Source of the DNA: Eledone cirrhosa
Taxonomy: Eukaryota
Reading direction: 5' to 3'
Assembly: GCA_964016885.1 (NCBI GenBank)
Contig: OZ024742.1
Location: 111,166,001-111,230,000, forward strand
Length of the DNA stretch: 64,000 nucleotides
The notes under the pieces were generated by a model. It searched no databases and had not been told where the DNA came from. It saw nothing but the letters and a program-made list of their open reading frames with translations. Positions 1 through 12,039 of this stretch are shown one piece after another; positions within the stretch are counted from its first letter, which is position 1, and each line of letters opens with the position of its first letter. The position numbers were made by a program, and so were the translations under genes.

Positions 1-61
1 ATCGGTTCTCTTAATAGAACATCAACAATCTTAACAATAAAAGGTGTGAAATGATATTCAC

Positions 62-106
<45 letters not shown>

Positions 107-230
107 TTTCACTACATATATATATATATATATATACATATATACATACATATATATGCACATATATTTTTTTGTATTGCACCATAGAGCATGTGTGTTT
201 ACGTGTGTCATTGTGTTTATATGTGGGTAG

Positions 231-463
231 AGATGTGTGCTGATGTAGGTATGTATGTTGACGTGTGTATGTTGCGGGTTCGTCTTAGGGAGAAGTGTTT
301 AGACGGGGTCCGTATTTGTTAATGAAGTAAGATTCCTTGCTGATGCGCTGGGTGTGGGTGGCATTATCTTTAAATTTGTAGAGGGGAAAGATTCTGAAGT
401 TGGGATGATTTTGGGCGGCGCAGGTATCAATGTGTTCACTCAGTGGTATTTTCCTGTATTCCC

Positions 464-466
<3 letters not shown>
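231..466 (-). mobile_element. Penelope-like element 3' fragment (C-terminal part of GIY-YIG endonuclease)
   Basis: Minus-strand peptide REYRKIPLSEHIDTC...RISKESYFINKYGPRLN resembles the PLE endonuclease C-terminus (H..C; E..FI....P.LN); bounded by microsatellites. Confidence 0.7.
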
Positions 467-518
<52 letters not shown>

Positions 519-633
519 CATGTATATTTTTTTAAGGAACGATCGACTTTCGTCAAATCGGACCGAGGGAACAATGTTTCCGTTGGTCTTTCCAATTGCT
601 AATACTATCTATCGGTCGCAACTCCAGGTAGAA

Positions 634-753
634 GGAGCAACGTGAAATAAAGTGTCTTGCTCAAGGACATAACGCATCGCCTGGTCCAGGAATCGAACTC
701 ACAACCTTACGATTGCGAATCCAATTCTCTAACCACTCAGCCACACGCCTTCA
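634..753 (-). mobile_element. tRNA-headed CORE-type SINE, 5' part
   Basis: Minus strand: A box TGGCTGAGTGG, B box GAGTTCGATTCC, then GTCCTTGAGCAAGACACTTTATTTCAC (CORE-like); same family as 59657-60058. Confidence 0.8.
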
Positions 754-785
754 CTATACATATATATATATACATATATATATAC

Positions 786-852
<67 letters not shown>

Positions 853-909
853 TATAAATATATATATATATACATATATATACATATATATATATATACA
901 TATATATAC

Positions 910-950
<41 letters not shown>

Positions 951-953
<3 letters not shown>

Positions 954-1770
954 AAGATGAATATAAAATGAAAGTGCTTTAATAAAGGAATTTATTAGGT
1001 ATTGACATGTTTCTGTAACAGACGGAATACCTATGTATCGCTGCTTACGTAATCATATAATATTAGCACGTAATCGATAGCAAATATATAATCAGTTGTC
1101 ACTTCTTCAAAGATATTGGATAAATTGGAAAAAATCAGAAAAATCAAGGTATTTATATTAGTCGTAAGAAAGGAAGAGGAGAGGGGGAAAGTCTATTAAA
1201 GATGGCAATTCAATTTGCTGATTTTAATGTTAATATGTATTTTGACAATCAAACAGGGATGGAGACAGGCGTTAAATCCTGGTAGCGTTTGTAATATGAA
1301 AATGTAGATTTCAAGCGATGGTTACAGTATAACGATCTCTCTATTATGTTATTTAATAAAGTATTTTTTTGATTTCATGATACAAAACATTTCCATATTA
1401 CACAATCTTCCAAATTTCTGTCTTTGGAAATACGCCGGGGCGGATGCTATTTTATACCATTTTAGGTTAAACTGTTGGTTATTTTCGCGCAGCCGCCAAG
1501 CCTTGTCTGCGAGTGTTGTTACATAACGCTGGTTTTCATGTTTTATCGAGTAGCGATGTCTATAAAGGCGAGGTTTGAAGGTGGTAGCAGTAGACCCCAC
1601 ATAGTACCACTTCCGGCTACCCGATTCGATAGTACATTTGTATATGATGTTGCATTCAAGACACTGATTGTTCAACGGACACATTCCTGGTTGGACACAG
1701 TTACAGTTATAATTATGCGCAGTTGCAATACTACGGATGGGTTGATGAGGTTGCTTAGGCAGGTCGGGAT
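951..1770 (-). mobile_element. Penelope-like element 3' end (GIY-YIG plus HHR-bearing 3' repeat), cut by the assembly gap
   Basis: ORF 1349-1684: CPLNNQCLECNIIYKC...YYVGSTATTFKPRLYRH...LCNME; hammerhead-like motif downstream at 1004-1110. Confidence 0.85.
1004..1110 (-). ncRNA. Hammerhead ribozyme-like motif (variant core, long stem II)
   Basis: Minus strand TTGAAGA-a-gtgaca...tgttac-a-GAAA-cat-GTC; palindromic ACATGT in stem III; stem I poor. Confidence 0.55.
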
Positions 1771-1970
1771 NNNNNNNNNNNNNNNNNNNNNNNNNNNNNN
1801 NNNNNNNNNNNNNNNNNNNNNNNNNNNNNNNNNNNNNNNNNNNNNNNNNNNNNNNNNNNNNNNNNNNNNNNNNNNNNNNNNNNNNNNNNNNNNNNNNNNN
1901 NNNNNNNNNNNNNNNNNNNNNNNNNNNNNNNNNNNNNNNNNNNNNNNNNNNNNNNNNNNNNNNNNNNNNN
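1771..1970. other. Assembly gap (200 N)
   Basis: Run of N. Confidence 1.
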
Positions 1971-2046
1971 TCCGTCTGTCCCTCTCTAACCTCTACCCTA
2001 CACTTCCCACTGTCTCTCTTTCTCCCTCCACAGCGAAGTGGACTGC

Positions 2047-2833
2047 ATGCAGGAAAAATGTGAAATTAGGAGTCAACAAAACTGGTCAAAGATGGAACTA
2101 GCGGTTTTGATAAAGGGGTGGACCATGGCTGATGGGTCTCCACCAAGCAAAAAGATGGCGGAGAACCTGAAGAGCCATGGATTTCTGAGGACTCTGGCAC
2201 AGATAGAGAGAAAGAGAAAAGAAATTGAGAAGGCGTATGTCCTCATAGCGCCACATATGGCGATGCTAAGCCGTGTCATCGGGGAGGAGAAAACCGAAGA
2301 GGGGGATGAGGAGAAAGAGAGGGAAAAGGAAAGGGAAAAGGAAAAAGAAAAGGAGAGCACAAGCACGGACCTGAAAGAAAATGATATACCCTCCGCCACA
2401 GGCAGGGAGGGCAGGCCGGGCAACCAACAAGCAAAGAGCAAAGGTGAAAAGCGAAATCACCTTCCGAAGGAGAACCAAGCGCAGAGGGACCAGTGGACAA
2501 CTGTTCAAAGGAAGAACAGAAAGCACCGAGACACTGGGAGCAAAAAAAACCCAGGAATGTGCAAGTTTTTCAAGAACGGGACATGCTGGTATGGAGAGAC
2601 AGGGATGGGATGCAGATTCGCCCACCCTAGGTCTCAAACGAACTATGCCCATCATACTCGCGCAACATGCCCCAGCCAAAGCCGAAATAAGCCGCTCCAG
2701 AAGTATGCTCATGTCGCGCGTGCCGCACCAACAATGAGAAGGCACGCACATGCCGACGAGATACAGATAGCAGCAGCAGATCAGAAACATTTTTTAGTGA
2801 TAGCAGAGAAGATTGTGGGACAGCTGACCTGGC
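2047..2833 (+). CDS. ORF with Myb/SANT-like trihelix motif and CCCH zinc finger; probably ORF1 of a LINE, truncated by a TA microsatellite
   Basis: [13 protein letters not shown]...[30 protein letters not shown]-rich linker, [22 protein letters not shown]; ~260 open codons, GC-richer than flanks. Confidence 0.55.
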
Positions 2834-2892
2834 ATATATACATATGTATGTATATATATATATATATTTATGTGTATATATATATATATATG

Positions 2893-2937
<45 letters not shown>

Positions 2938-2970
2938 ATATATATATATATGTATGTATATATATATATG

Positions 2971-3002
<32 letters not shown>

Positions 3003-3029
3003 ATGTGTATATATATATATATATGTATG

Positions 3030-3082
<53 letters not shown>

Positions 3083-3113
3083 ATATATACATATATGTAT
3101 GTATATATATATG

Positions 3114-3204
<91 letters not shown>

Positions 3205-3209
3205 GTATG

Positions 3210-3242
<33 letters not shown>

Positions 3243-3252
3243 GGTATATATG

Positions 3253-3285
<33 letters not shown>

Positions 3286-3331
3286 GTATGTATATATATA
3301 TATGTATATATTTATATGTATATAATATATG

Positions 3332-3381
<50 letters not shown>

Positions 3382-3398
3382 CATGTATATATCATATG

Positions 3399-3429
<31 letters not shown>

Positions 3430-3430
3430 G

Positions 3431-3468
<38 letters not shown>

Positions 3469-3484
3469 CATGTATATATATATG

Positions 3485-3515
<31 letters not shown>

Positions 3516-3516
3516 G

Positions 3517-3571
<55 letters not shown>

Positions 3572-3600
3572 GTTTATATGTATGTACACATATTTATAAG
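2834..3600. repeat. Long (TA)n/(TATG) microsatellite; many shorter (TA)n, (CA)n, (TACA)n, (TATC)n and (TAA)n tracts occur throughout
   Basis: Direct reading; source of the spurious YIYI ORFs. Confidence 0.98.
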
Positions 3601-5947
3601 TATATACAAGCATAGGTAAATATATTTGTAAGTTCAGGTATAAATATGTGTGCTTGTGTGTTTGTGTATTTGTGTTATTTAATTTACACCGACACAACTT
3701 TTCTTATCCCTGTAACTATCGCAAAATTAACTCTGCTTCGCTTGACACGTTCAAATTCTATTTAACTCGCCATCAAATTCTATGCTAGGTTCATTCTGAA
3801 AAAGTTCTATTATAATAGAAATCTAAAAATTAGTGAATTACCTATTGATAAAAAGGCAATTTAATTTTTGTCTCAAAATCCAATTTCATTGCTCTAACAA
3901 AGAACTTGTTATATCTCTAAAGTATTTCGCCATTTCATGGCATTGATTTTGCGAATACACGCTTAGAATTCTTATTGTTTGTTAGATATGACTCTTACGC
4001 AGAATCTGCCCTTTCTATAAAACCTGAACAAAGAATTGATGAAATTCACTACAAATGAACTTCAGCTAAACAATTTCATCTTCACAAAGTGTCATCTTAG
4101 TATATAATATATGAAGAAAAAATATTTCAGTACAACTAATCTCAGCTATGGTTTGTGTGAAATACAATAAAACGAAACTGTTATATATTATTATAAAATA
4201 TAAGGTTTGACTAACTTTCTTTTGGATATCTTATCTGAAAAGTATCGCATATGTTAATGAAGTCTGATGATTTGATATCATAGTGAAGGATAGTTGTGTT
4301 TGGAACTATGTAGTTACGTTATGAGACAGCAAATGGAATTCATGTTCGATTATCACGTCCATGAGTGTTTCATGCATATTTTGGTTTTGATGTTATATGC
4401 TAATTCTTACTACAATAATGAGTCATAGTTTAGAACCTACTTGTTTAGAGTTTTAATTCGTCGGGTACAAGAACTTATTTGAAGAGTGACCGTTGGGTAT
4501 TATTTTTGCTTTTCACCAGGGTATAGAGAGAGGTCTTATAAATTCCATTGTTAGTGGGGGAAAGTATAAAACTTTGAGTGTTTGCACACAGGCAAAACTA
4601 GATTCTGCGCTCACTTTATGCATTGCTTTTTACATTAATATTCCATTTCATAGTGGAACCAATTATATAGCGAAAAGAGATTTTGCATGATACGTATTTC
4701 TGCGCTTATGAAAATGAATATTTGTGGAATATTATTTCCAGCTGCCTGGTGTTAAATAATGTACGGTTTAGACACTAAAAAGCGGATAAATGTCTTGAGT
4801 GATATCTACAATGACGATCTGCCCAAAATTCCAAATCCTGTTGCTGATGCATATTCAAATAATTAACACCCCATACTAATATTGCTCATTGGATAGACAG
4901 ATATAAAATTTATCACGAACATTCTCCAAGGACTCGCCTATCTTTGTGGCGTCTCTTCCTTTTGTTTTCCTTAGCTCATCTGCTGTGGTCTATGATCTTT
5001 AGATTAGGCTGCTCTAGTCCCACCGTCTCACTTTTCAGAGCTGTCTATTTGCATGCGTACATGTTCAGGTACGTGTATAATTTGATGTAAGTCTATTAAT
5101 GTAGAGTAATTAAGTGATGAATTATTGATGTATATAATTCTGTTTCTTTCTGTCAAACGAACGGGGTTTATGTAGATATATTTCTTGAAAGTACAGTATA
5201 ATTAGTCCACAAACACTCGGAAATATGCACCACATATTCTACGGAAGAATCTGGATGACCCTATACGACAAAGTGATGTCATATCATATCCAAAATAAAT
5301 TTACTTTATTCCATCTCATGTTAGGAAAAAGAAATGTGCACGTACTTATTGTTATTTTCCATGTAAGAGAATTCCTATTATCTCTATTGCACAGTCACTT
5401 TCACACTACAGCCATTATTTACTGTAAAATCTCAGTGTAAATATATATAGTGTCAACATGTCCAGAAAAACTAAATTCGGTGTTAAAAATATTCCTGAAT
5501 ATTTCATCATTGTATTGATAAAAGAATGTATGTATGTTAATCGTACATAAATACAAAGCCGCGTTCAAATCATAAATAGATATGATGTTAGCTCATTTCC
5601 TGAAATATTCTTTGATTTACATGCAATTCCAAGAATATGAACTGAAAGCATAGAAGATAAAATTTAAAGTATATGTCTATGAAATTAGTATGGAATGTTA
5701 ATTTTAAATAAACCTATATATTCAATTTTAAGTTGCTTGAAATATTTTTTTAAATATCCTATATATATGCTGAATATTTCTCTATGTAATATTCTGTTAT
5801 CTGGTGATACATTCATTTACCGTTATTTTCAACAACTTAAAATATATTCATGTATGTTTAGACCGAAATGCAAACAGAAAGAAGGAAATCTTAAACTATA
5901 TAAAAACGAACAAAATTCCGTTGATACGTACGTATATATATTTATTA

Positions 5948-6318
5948 CTAGCAGATTTACCCGGTTTGAAATGCAACAAGGAATAAACAAGAAAAAACGA
6001 TAATATTAGTGATTTATCTTCAAATGAATCTGATGTTTATATTTCTGTCAATAAAGTTAGTTATCTCCCTTTTTATAAGGATTATCAATAAAGTTTGTTA
6101 TCTCCCTTACATCAATTTTGCTACCAATAATTTTGATATCGATTTGTTATTGCTCAACGTGGGTCGATTTGAAAAGAATGTTTGATGTGACAATCTTAGC
6201 GACATGGGTAACGTGCACAGAAAATTTGGTCAAATTCAGTTGGTAATTGTAAAAGCCTTAAGTATGCAAAGTTGTACACAGACACACACAAATCTTCGCT
6301 TTTATATATATATGCAGA
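5948..6318 (-). mobile_element. Non-autonomous Helitron-like element
   Basis: Minus strand starts A|TC(tgc)ATATATATATAAAAG followed by GTGTGTCTGT and ends ...CCGGGTAAATCTG-CTAG|T: 5' TC, 3' CTAG, A|T insertion site, no TSD. Confidence 0.6.
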
Positions 6319-6469
6319 TTATATATATTTAAGTTTGGTGATTTACCACTGGATAGAACTGGTCATTCCGTATAGTTAACCATGATGTATTATTATGAAA
6401 AGCACTCGGCGTTATACAACTCAGCCATCTTTGATGTTGAATCTTGTTGGTGGTGCGAGAACGGAGTTA

Positions 6470-6781
6470 ATTATTATTGAGTAAAATGACAAGAGGCCTG
6501 GCTGGTGAAATTCCTTCAAATAATTTTTCAGCAAACACTATGTACTTTTCAGTGCCAGGTTAGGTAAGATCCTTGTGACATCATCAGGTGTATATTGCAT
6601 AATAGTTATATACTAAACGAATAATGGTAAATACAATCCAAGAGGCTATAAGGAGAGAAATCAGAAGAAAAAATGTTTTTTGACTCGGAGGTGATCAAGA
6701 AGGCCAGTTGTTGACAGTTTGGCTGATCGCCTTCGAGGAATTTCACCAGTCCGGCCTCGTGTCATTTTACTCAATAATAAT
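6470..6781 (-). mobile_element. ~310 bp mini-element with 46-bp terminal inverted repeats enclosing a hammerhead motif
   Basis: 6470-6515 (attattattgagtaaaatgacaagaggcctggctggtgaaattcct) is the near-perfect reverse complement of 6736-6781. Confidence 0.75.
6535..6591 (-). ncRNA. Hammerhead ribozyme motif
   Basis: Minus strand acac-CTGATGA-tgtca...tggca-ct-GAAA-agtac-ATA-gtgt; stem I acac/gtgt; stem III weak. Confidence 0.55.
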
Positions 6782-6850
6782 AATATGTATATATATATAT
6801 ATATATATATATTTATGGTACCTATTTTACGTGCATTGTATTGAAGTAAG

Positions 6851-6883
<33 letters not shown>

Positions 6884-7007
6884 TTTATCCCGGGTTCAAT
6901 CCACAGTAAGTAAGGTAGTCAATACAAAGCAGAGTATAATTATTTAATATAGAAATGGCTTCTACAGGACTAGAACTGTTTCATTCGGGAGAAATCATAT
7001 ACATATA

Positions 7008-7088
<81 letters not shown>

Positions 7089-7230
7089 ATTGACGGATCC
7101 AGCATATTTATCAATGCCAGTACCGCTTGTATTTCAGCGCACTCAATAGGCAATGTAAGATACATTACCAGATTATACACATAGTTATTTGCCTCAACAC
7201 AACAGACGTAAAACGGGTGCCTATAAGGTT

Positions 7231-7340
7231 CCCGGACTCGAGTTTCTGCCGCACTAATGCAGTAGTAAGGTGCACTGCACCATCTGTCTGCATATATTAT
7301 GCAACAATGCACAATCTGCTTATGCGGTTTCATCAGCGGG
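7231..7340 (-). ncRNA. Type I hammerhead ribozyme with canonical core, inside a ~265 bp insert (7085-7350) between TA tracts
   Basis: Minus strand cccg-CTGATGA-aa-ccgca...tgcgg-ca-GAAA-ctcga-GTC-cggg; stem I cccg/cggg; palindromic ACTCGAGT in stem III; predicted GUC cleavage between 7235 and 7234. Confidence 0.85.
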
Positions 7341-7612
7341 TATCGCCTAATATATATATAAAGAGAGTATTGAAGTTTACTTGAAGCATTGTGGAATAAT
7401 AAGTAAATATCTTTAAGTCGTTTGGAAGCCTCGACAATGCAAATGGGTAAATATCCGGGTAACAAGATCCGGTGGTGGAGAGAGAGATGTAAGTGGGTGT
7501 ACGTTGAGATGCGTGGTGTGTATGAGATGTGTAGAAGAATGAAGGAAAGAGTATAAAGGGTAAAATAAAATAACAACACGAGAGAGAGTTACCTTGGGAG
7601 AGATTTAATAGT

Positions 7613-7647
7613 CCCTATATATTTCGGATTCACATCCATCAACTGGG
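7613..7647 (-). ncRNA. Minimal hammerhead-like variant in the pseudo-LTR
   Basis: cc-CAGTTGA-t-ggat-gtga-atcc-GAAA-tat-ATA-gg; core differs from CTGATGA at two positions. Confidence 0.45.
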
Positions 7648-8038
7648 GTTTTTTCCGTGGTGGGGGAAAGGTTGTCTGTCGGACAAGTGCGAAACGCGTC
7701 CTCCGCTGTTTGTTGTTTTGAATATCTGAGGTATTCGGCAGAGCGCGCGTGCGCGTGAAATGGGGTCGGTCGGGCAGAGGTCAGCGGCCGAATGAGGGAG
7801 TGGGGTGGCGCTAGCTGTCAGTCCATTCTCTGCCTGTTTGTTAAATGTTACTGTGTGTGTGTGTGTGAGTGTGTTGTTGTCTCGCTTGAGTGTGTGTGCG
7901 TGTGTTGTTGCCTTGTTCCTCTGTATTGGCAGTGTAGTATATTCGTATGGTGGAATGCTACTGTGTGTGTGTGCGTGTGTGTGTAGTTGTCTCGTTTATG
8001 TGTGTGTGTGTGCGTGTGTTGCTGCATCGTTTGTTAGC

Positions 8039-10328
8039 TTAAACCAGCCATCTCATTTCGCTTCTCTCTGATCGGTTGTTTATTTGCGGTTGCAGGCGTT
8101 TGATAAAAAGCGCTTCCTTGATACGTAACGTGCCGACGTTTCTTTTAGGTCGATAGAATTGTAATAATGGGCCTTCCGTCTTTGTTTCTGCATTTGTCTA
8201 TGTGTTTCCGGAAAGACGAGGCCCTGGTTTTAGTGTGTTCCTTGATCCGGATGTGCAAAGGTCGGATTGTGCTACCTATGTAGTATTAATTGCACCTGTC
8301 ACATTCTATCTTATACACGACGTATGTGCGTAGGCAACAGTTCGCATGGCGTATCGAGCAGTCTCTGAGGGAGCATGCGTCAGTAGATTTCCCCGTTTTC
8401 CTGGCGAGGCATCTTCGCAGAGAGGGGCCCGAGTGGGCCAAGTGGATGTCGAGGCCCTCCCTCCGTATAGCCTTGCAGATAGCGTTGGGGGTATTCTCGC
8501 CCAGGTGTGGCATTTTAAGGAAGCACTTGCCTTGGGTGCTTCTCTGTCTCTTGCGTCTGGTGTCTCCTATTCTGTCTGTGATCGAGGTAGGGTACCCGTT
8601 CGTCTCCAGCACCTCGAGGAATCGCTTGGTATGAGTGACACCACTCGCGGGATCGCTGCATCTGGTTTTGATTCGCGCGATCTCGTTCGTGATGTATCCT
8701 ATTTTGGCACTGTTAGGGAGGGCGGACTTGTAGTGAACGAACAGGTCCCTGCAGGCTGCCTTTCGGTAGAAGTTGCAGTGGATCCTTCCCTGTTCCGTGA
8801 TGTTGATTCGGAAGTCGAGGAGGGCAAGTGACTCGTCTTCGTTGGGGTGTTCAACGCTGAAGTCAATGTTCTCGTCCGTGTTGTTGAACGTCTCATAGAT
8901 TCTGTTCGCCGTGTTTTGGGAAGATGTGAAGATGAGGATATCGTCTACGTACCTTAAGAAAAAGGCTACGGCGTTGGGGTGGTAGGCGTTGAGTGCCTTG
9001 CGTTCGAGGTTGTCCACGTAAGAGATCGCTAGCACACCTGATAGGCTTGATGCCATGGGCAATCCCGAGGTTTGTTGGTATGTTTGGTCAAGGAATCCGA
9101 AGTAGGCGTTGTCGACGCCGATGGATAGGAGTTGGTGGATGTCAGTGGTGGTGAGCCCGAAGCAGTGTAGGTCTGTGGATTGGACGCGTTCCATCAGTAT
9201 ATTGACGGCCGGGAGTGCCGGGACTGAGGTGTAGAGAGCGACTACATCAAGGCTGAAGGCATATCTGTTATTCCTTCTGGTGTCGGGATCCATTTGATGC
9301 AGGCGCTTCAACACCTCCTCGGAGCTGTTAACGTGTCCCGGCAAGGTGTCTAAGACGGGTTTGAGTATTCTGGCTAGGAGCCATGAAATTTTGTAGAGCG
9401 ATCCCTCCACGCTCGATACGATGGGCCTGATCTTCAGGTCGGGTCCCTGTTTGTGTGTTTTCAAGAGGTGGTAGCAGGCGGGTAGTCTGCTGTTCCTCGT
9501 GAGGAGGTTGTATCTCAGCTTCTTCGGGAGCTTCCGCCGGTCGCAGATGTTGGTCCAGGCGGCGTTGATGTGCTCTTCTATCTGCACGGGAGTGATTCCC
9601 GTGACCTTGGAGTAGAGGTTGTCATCGTCAAGGTGTTGGAGGGCCAGGATGTTGTAGGCCTCTCTGCTGATGACGCAGAATTCTTTTCCCTTGTCGGAGG
9701 AGAGATAGATGAGGTTCTTCGATTTTAGGTTGGAGAGAGTGGTGAGTTGAGATTTGGTGACGTTATGTGTTGTGCGTGTGTGTGTGTGTTTGTGAAGTAT
9801 ATCCGAGATGGAGTGTTTTAGCCTGATGAGTTTAGTGTCGAGTTCGTGGTTGGTGGGTGCGGGGTGGAGTGGGTTGTCGGGGTGGTAAGTGGCGATCTTG
9901 GGGTGGGTTGCGTGGGCGCTGTTATTTTCTGTGGCGCTGTTGATGGCGGTCACCCATTTAAGTTAGTAAGCGACTCGACAAAAGTTGGCCTCGATGTTGA
10001 GTTTGAGTCTGTCATCGAGACGTTGTGAGACGATGAACTTGGGTCCGAGGTGTAGGAGTTTCAGCTCGTCGCTCGTGAGAGTGCCGGTTAGGTCGGTGAC
10101 CAGGTGCGTCGCATCGTTGAGGTATTGCTCGTTGTTGGTGGATGCGGCGGTGGCGGTTGTTAAGTTGTTGTTTCCCACGTGGTTCTGGTACGTCTGTTCG
10201 TTAGTGTCGATGTTCTCGTTGTGGCGTTTCGACAAGATCCACTCATATTTTCGCTTGAGCCGTTTTTTCTGGTATTGGACTCTGGAGTGGTAGCACTGGT
10301 CGATTGCTTTAGTGATTTTCAGGAGCAA
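8039..10328 (-). pseudogene. Penelope RT-GIY-YIG ORF with stops/frameshift
   Basis: SDKGK, KTHK..RPIVS, SLDVVALYTSVP, SGLPMAS, LRYVDDI, LDFRI, FYRK; VVYKIEC..C then past a stop YYIGSTIRPLHIRIKEH, ending EALFIKRLQPQINN. Confidence 0.9.
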
Positions 10329-10807
10329 GTCCCCGGGTGGTATTGGCAGTCGATGTGTCCGCTCTGAGAGTGTCCGCTTATGGACGTGTAAACAACCGAT
10401 CAGAGAGAAGCGAAATGAGATGGCTGGTTTAAGCTAACAAACGATGCAGCAACACACGCACACACACACACACAAACGAGACAACTACACACACACACGC
10501 ACACACACACAGTAGCATTCCACCATACGAACATACTACACTGCCAATACAGAGGAACAAGGCAACAACACACGCACACACACACTCAAGCGAGACAACA
10601 ACACACGCACACACACACACAGTAACATTTAACAAACAGGCAGAGAATGGACTGACAGCTAGCGCCACCCCACTCCCTCATTCGACCGACCCCATTTCAC
10701 GCGCACGCGCGCTCTGCCGAATACCTCAGATATTCAAAACAACAAACAGCGGAGGACGCGTTTCGCACTTGTCCGACATACAACCTTTCCCCCACCACGG
10801 AAAAAAA

Positions 10808-10842
10808 CCCAGTTGATGGATGTGAATCCGAAATATATAGGG
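10808..10842 (+). ncRNA. Same hammerhead-like variant in the inverted pseudo-LTR copy
   Basis: Identical motif to 7613-7647 in the opposite orientation. Confidence 0.45.
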
Positions 10843-11045
10843 ACTATTAAATCTCTCCCAAGGTAACTCTCTCTCGTGTTGTTATTTTACCCTTTATACT
10901 CTTTCCTTCATTCTTCTACACATCTCATACACACCACGCATCTCAACGTACACCCACTTACATCTCTCTCCCCACCACCGGATCTTGTTACCCGGATATT
11001 TACCCATTTGCATTGTCGAGGCTTCCAAACGACTTAAAGATATTT

Positions 11046-11111
<66 letters not shown>

Positions 11112-12039
11112 AGTGGAAGCTTAGTAAAATCGAAGCTTTGGCTGTGGGCAAGCAAAGTCGACCTACAGTAGGAATGAGTTAGCAAAGCACTCAATAACGG
11201 TAGGTCCTTAGAATAATAGACTAAGCTGGTCAAGATGTTGTAAACAAATTTCAATCTAATTTAGGGAGATGGGTTTGTTCAACAGGACCTCAAAGATGCC
11301 TTCATCAAGCATCCATCCAGCATCTCTGCAAAAAGAAATGAAACCGGATTTTCGATATGGAGATTTGATAACTACAGTGGCACATATCTCCTTTCCATAG
11401 CTGTTAGACACCTTCTTAATCATCTTAAGCATATCGTCGATGATATTTATTCAAAATTGCAATGTTCCCTTCGATATGGCCGAGGTAACATAGGTCAATG
11501 GAACATAGGTCAAGGGATAAAAACTGTAGTTGTATACGGTGTTCGTTAAATTAATTAAGCCTTTCGACACTGTAAACCGATAGGGTTGGCTTCCTTCACA
11601 CACACATACGTAACTATATAAGCATATATATATATTATATATATATAAAGATTTTCTGGAGTATATAATTTTGCTTACAACAGAAAAAGAGAGAGGGGAC
11701 AGGCTGTAGATAATGTACACTGTTTAGTTCCATAAACATCAGCTGTAGATGAAAGGGAATTTGAAGTTGTCTTGTTCTATTAACAGAAATATCCATACCT
11801 CGTATTAAATATTACCACTAACAAGAAATAGAAAAGCTGTTTGACATCTATTTCGCTATAAATGAACTGAAAACCGGTGTTATACGATAATCTAAGTAAA
11901 ACTAATATTGTGTTCCAAGATATATGGTCTTGCTTAATAATCTTCATGGATCGCTTGACTTCGCTAATAATCGCAATTGTTGATTTTGGACAAATAAATG
12001 AGATATTATTGGGCATTAATATATACAATAATATATACA

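Larger units (their letters stand above)
7362..11047 (-). mobile_element. Penelope-like retroelement with inverted pseudo-LTRs
   Basis: RT plus GIY-YIG frame on the minus strand; 7403-8082 and 10389-11047 are near-identical inverted repeats; (TA)n on both sides. Confidence 0.93.

Noticed and set aside
560-600. Minus-strand ttgg-aaaga-ccaa-cg-GAAA-catt-GTT hammerhead half
   Set aside because: Core strand missing or decayed
634-753. tRNA-like sequence
   Set aside because: SINE head continuing into a CORE-like domain, not a tRNA gene
2794-3697. Many long YIYI/VCVC/THTH ORFs here and elsewhere
   Set aside because: Translations of dinucleotide microsatellites, not genes
3972-4060. Possible splice acceptor and short terminal exon (YDSYAESALSIKPEQRIDEIHYK)
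   Set aside because: No partner exons or recognisable homology; could be chance
6881-6998. PLE-type tail with partial hammerhead
   Set aside because: Truncated by the TA tract before the core; not counted as a ribozyme
7670-7710. Plus-strand GAAACGCGTC-ctccg with an upstream hairpin, resembling the 3' half of an antisense hammerhead in the pLTR
   Set aside because: No convincing CUGANGA strand or stem I partner could be placed
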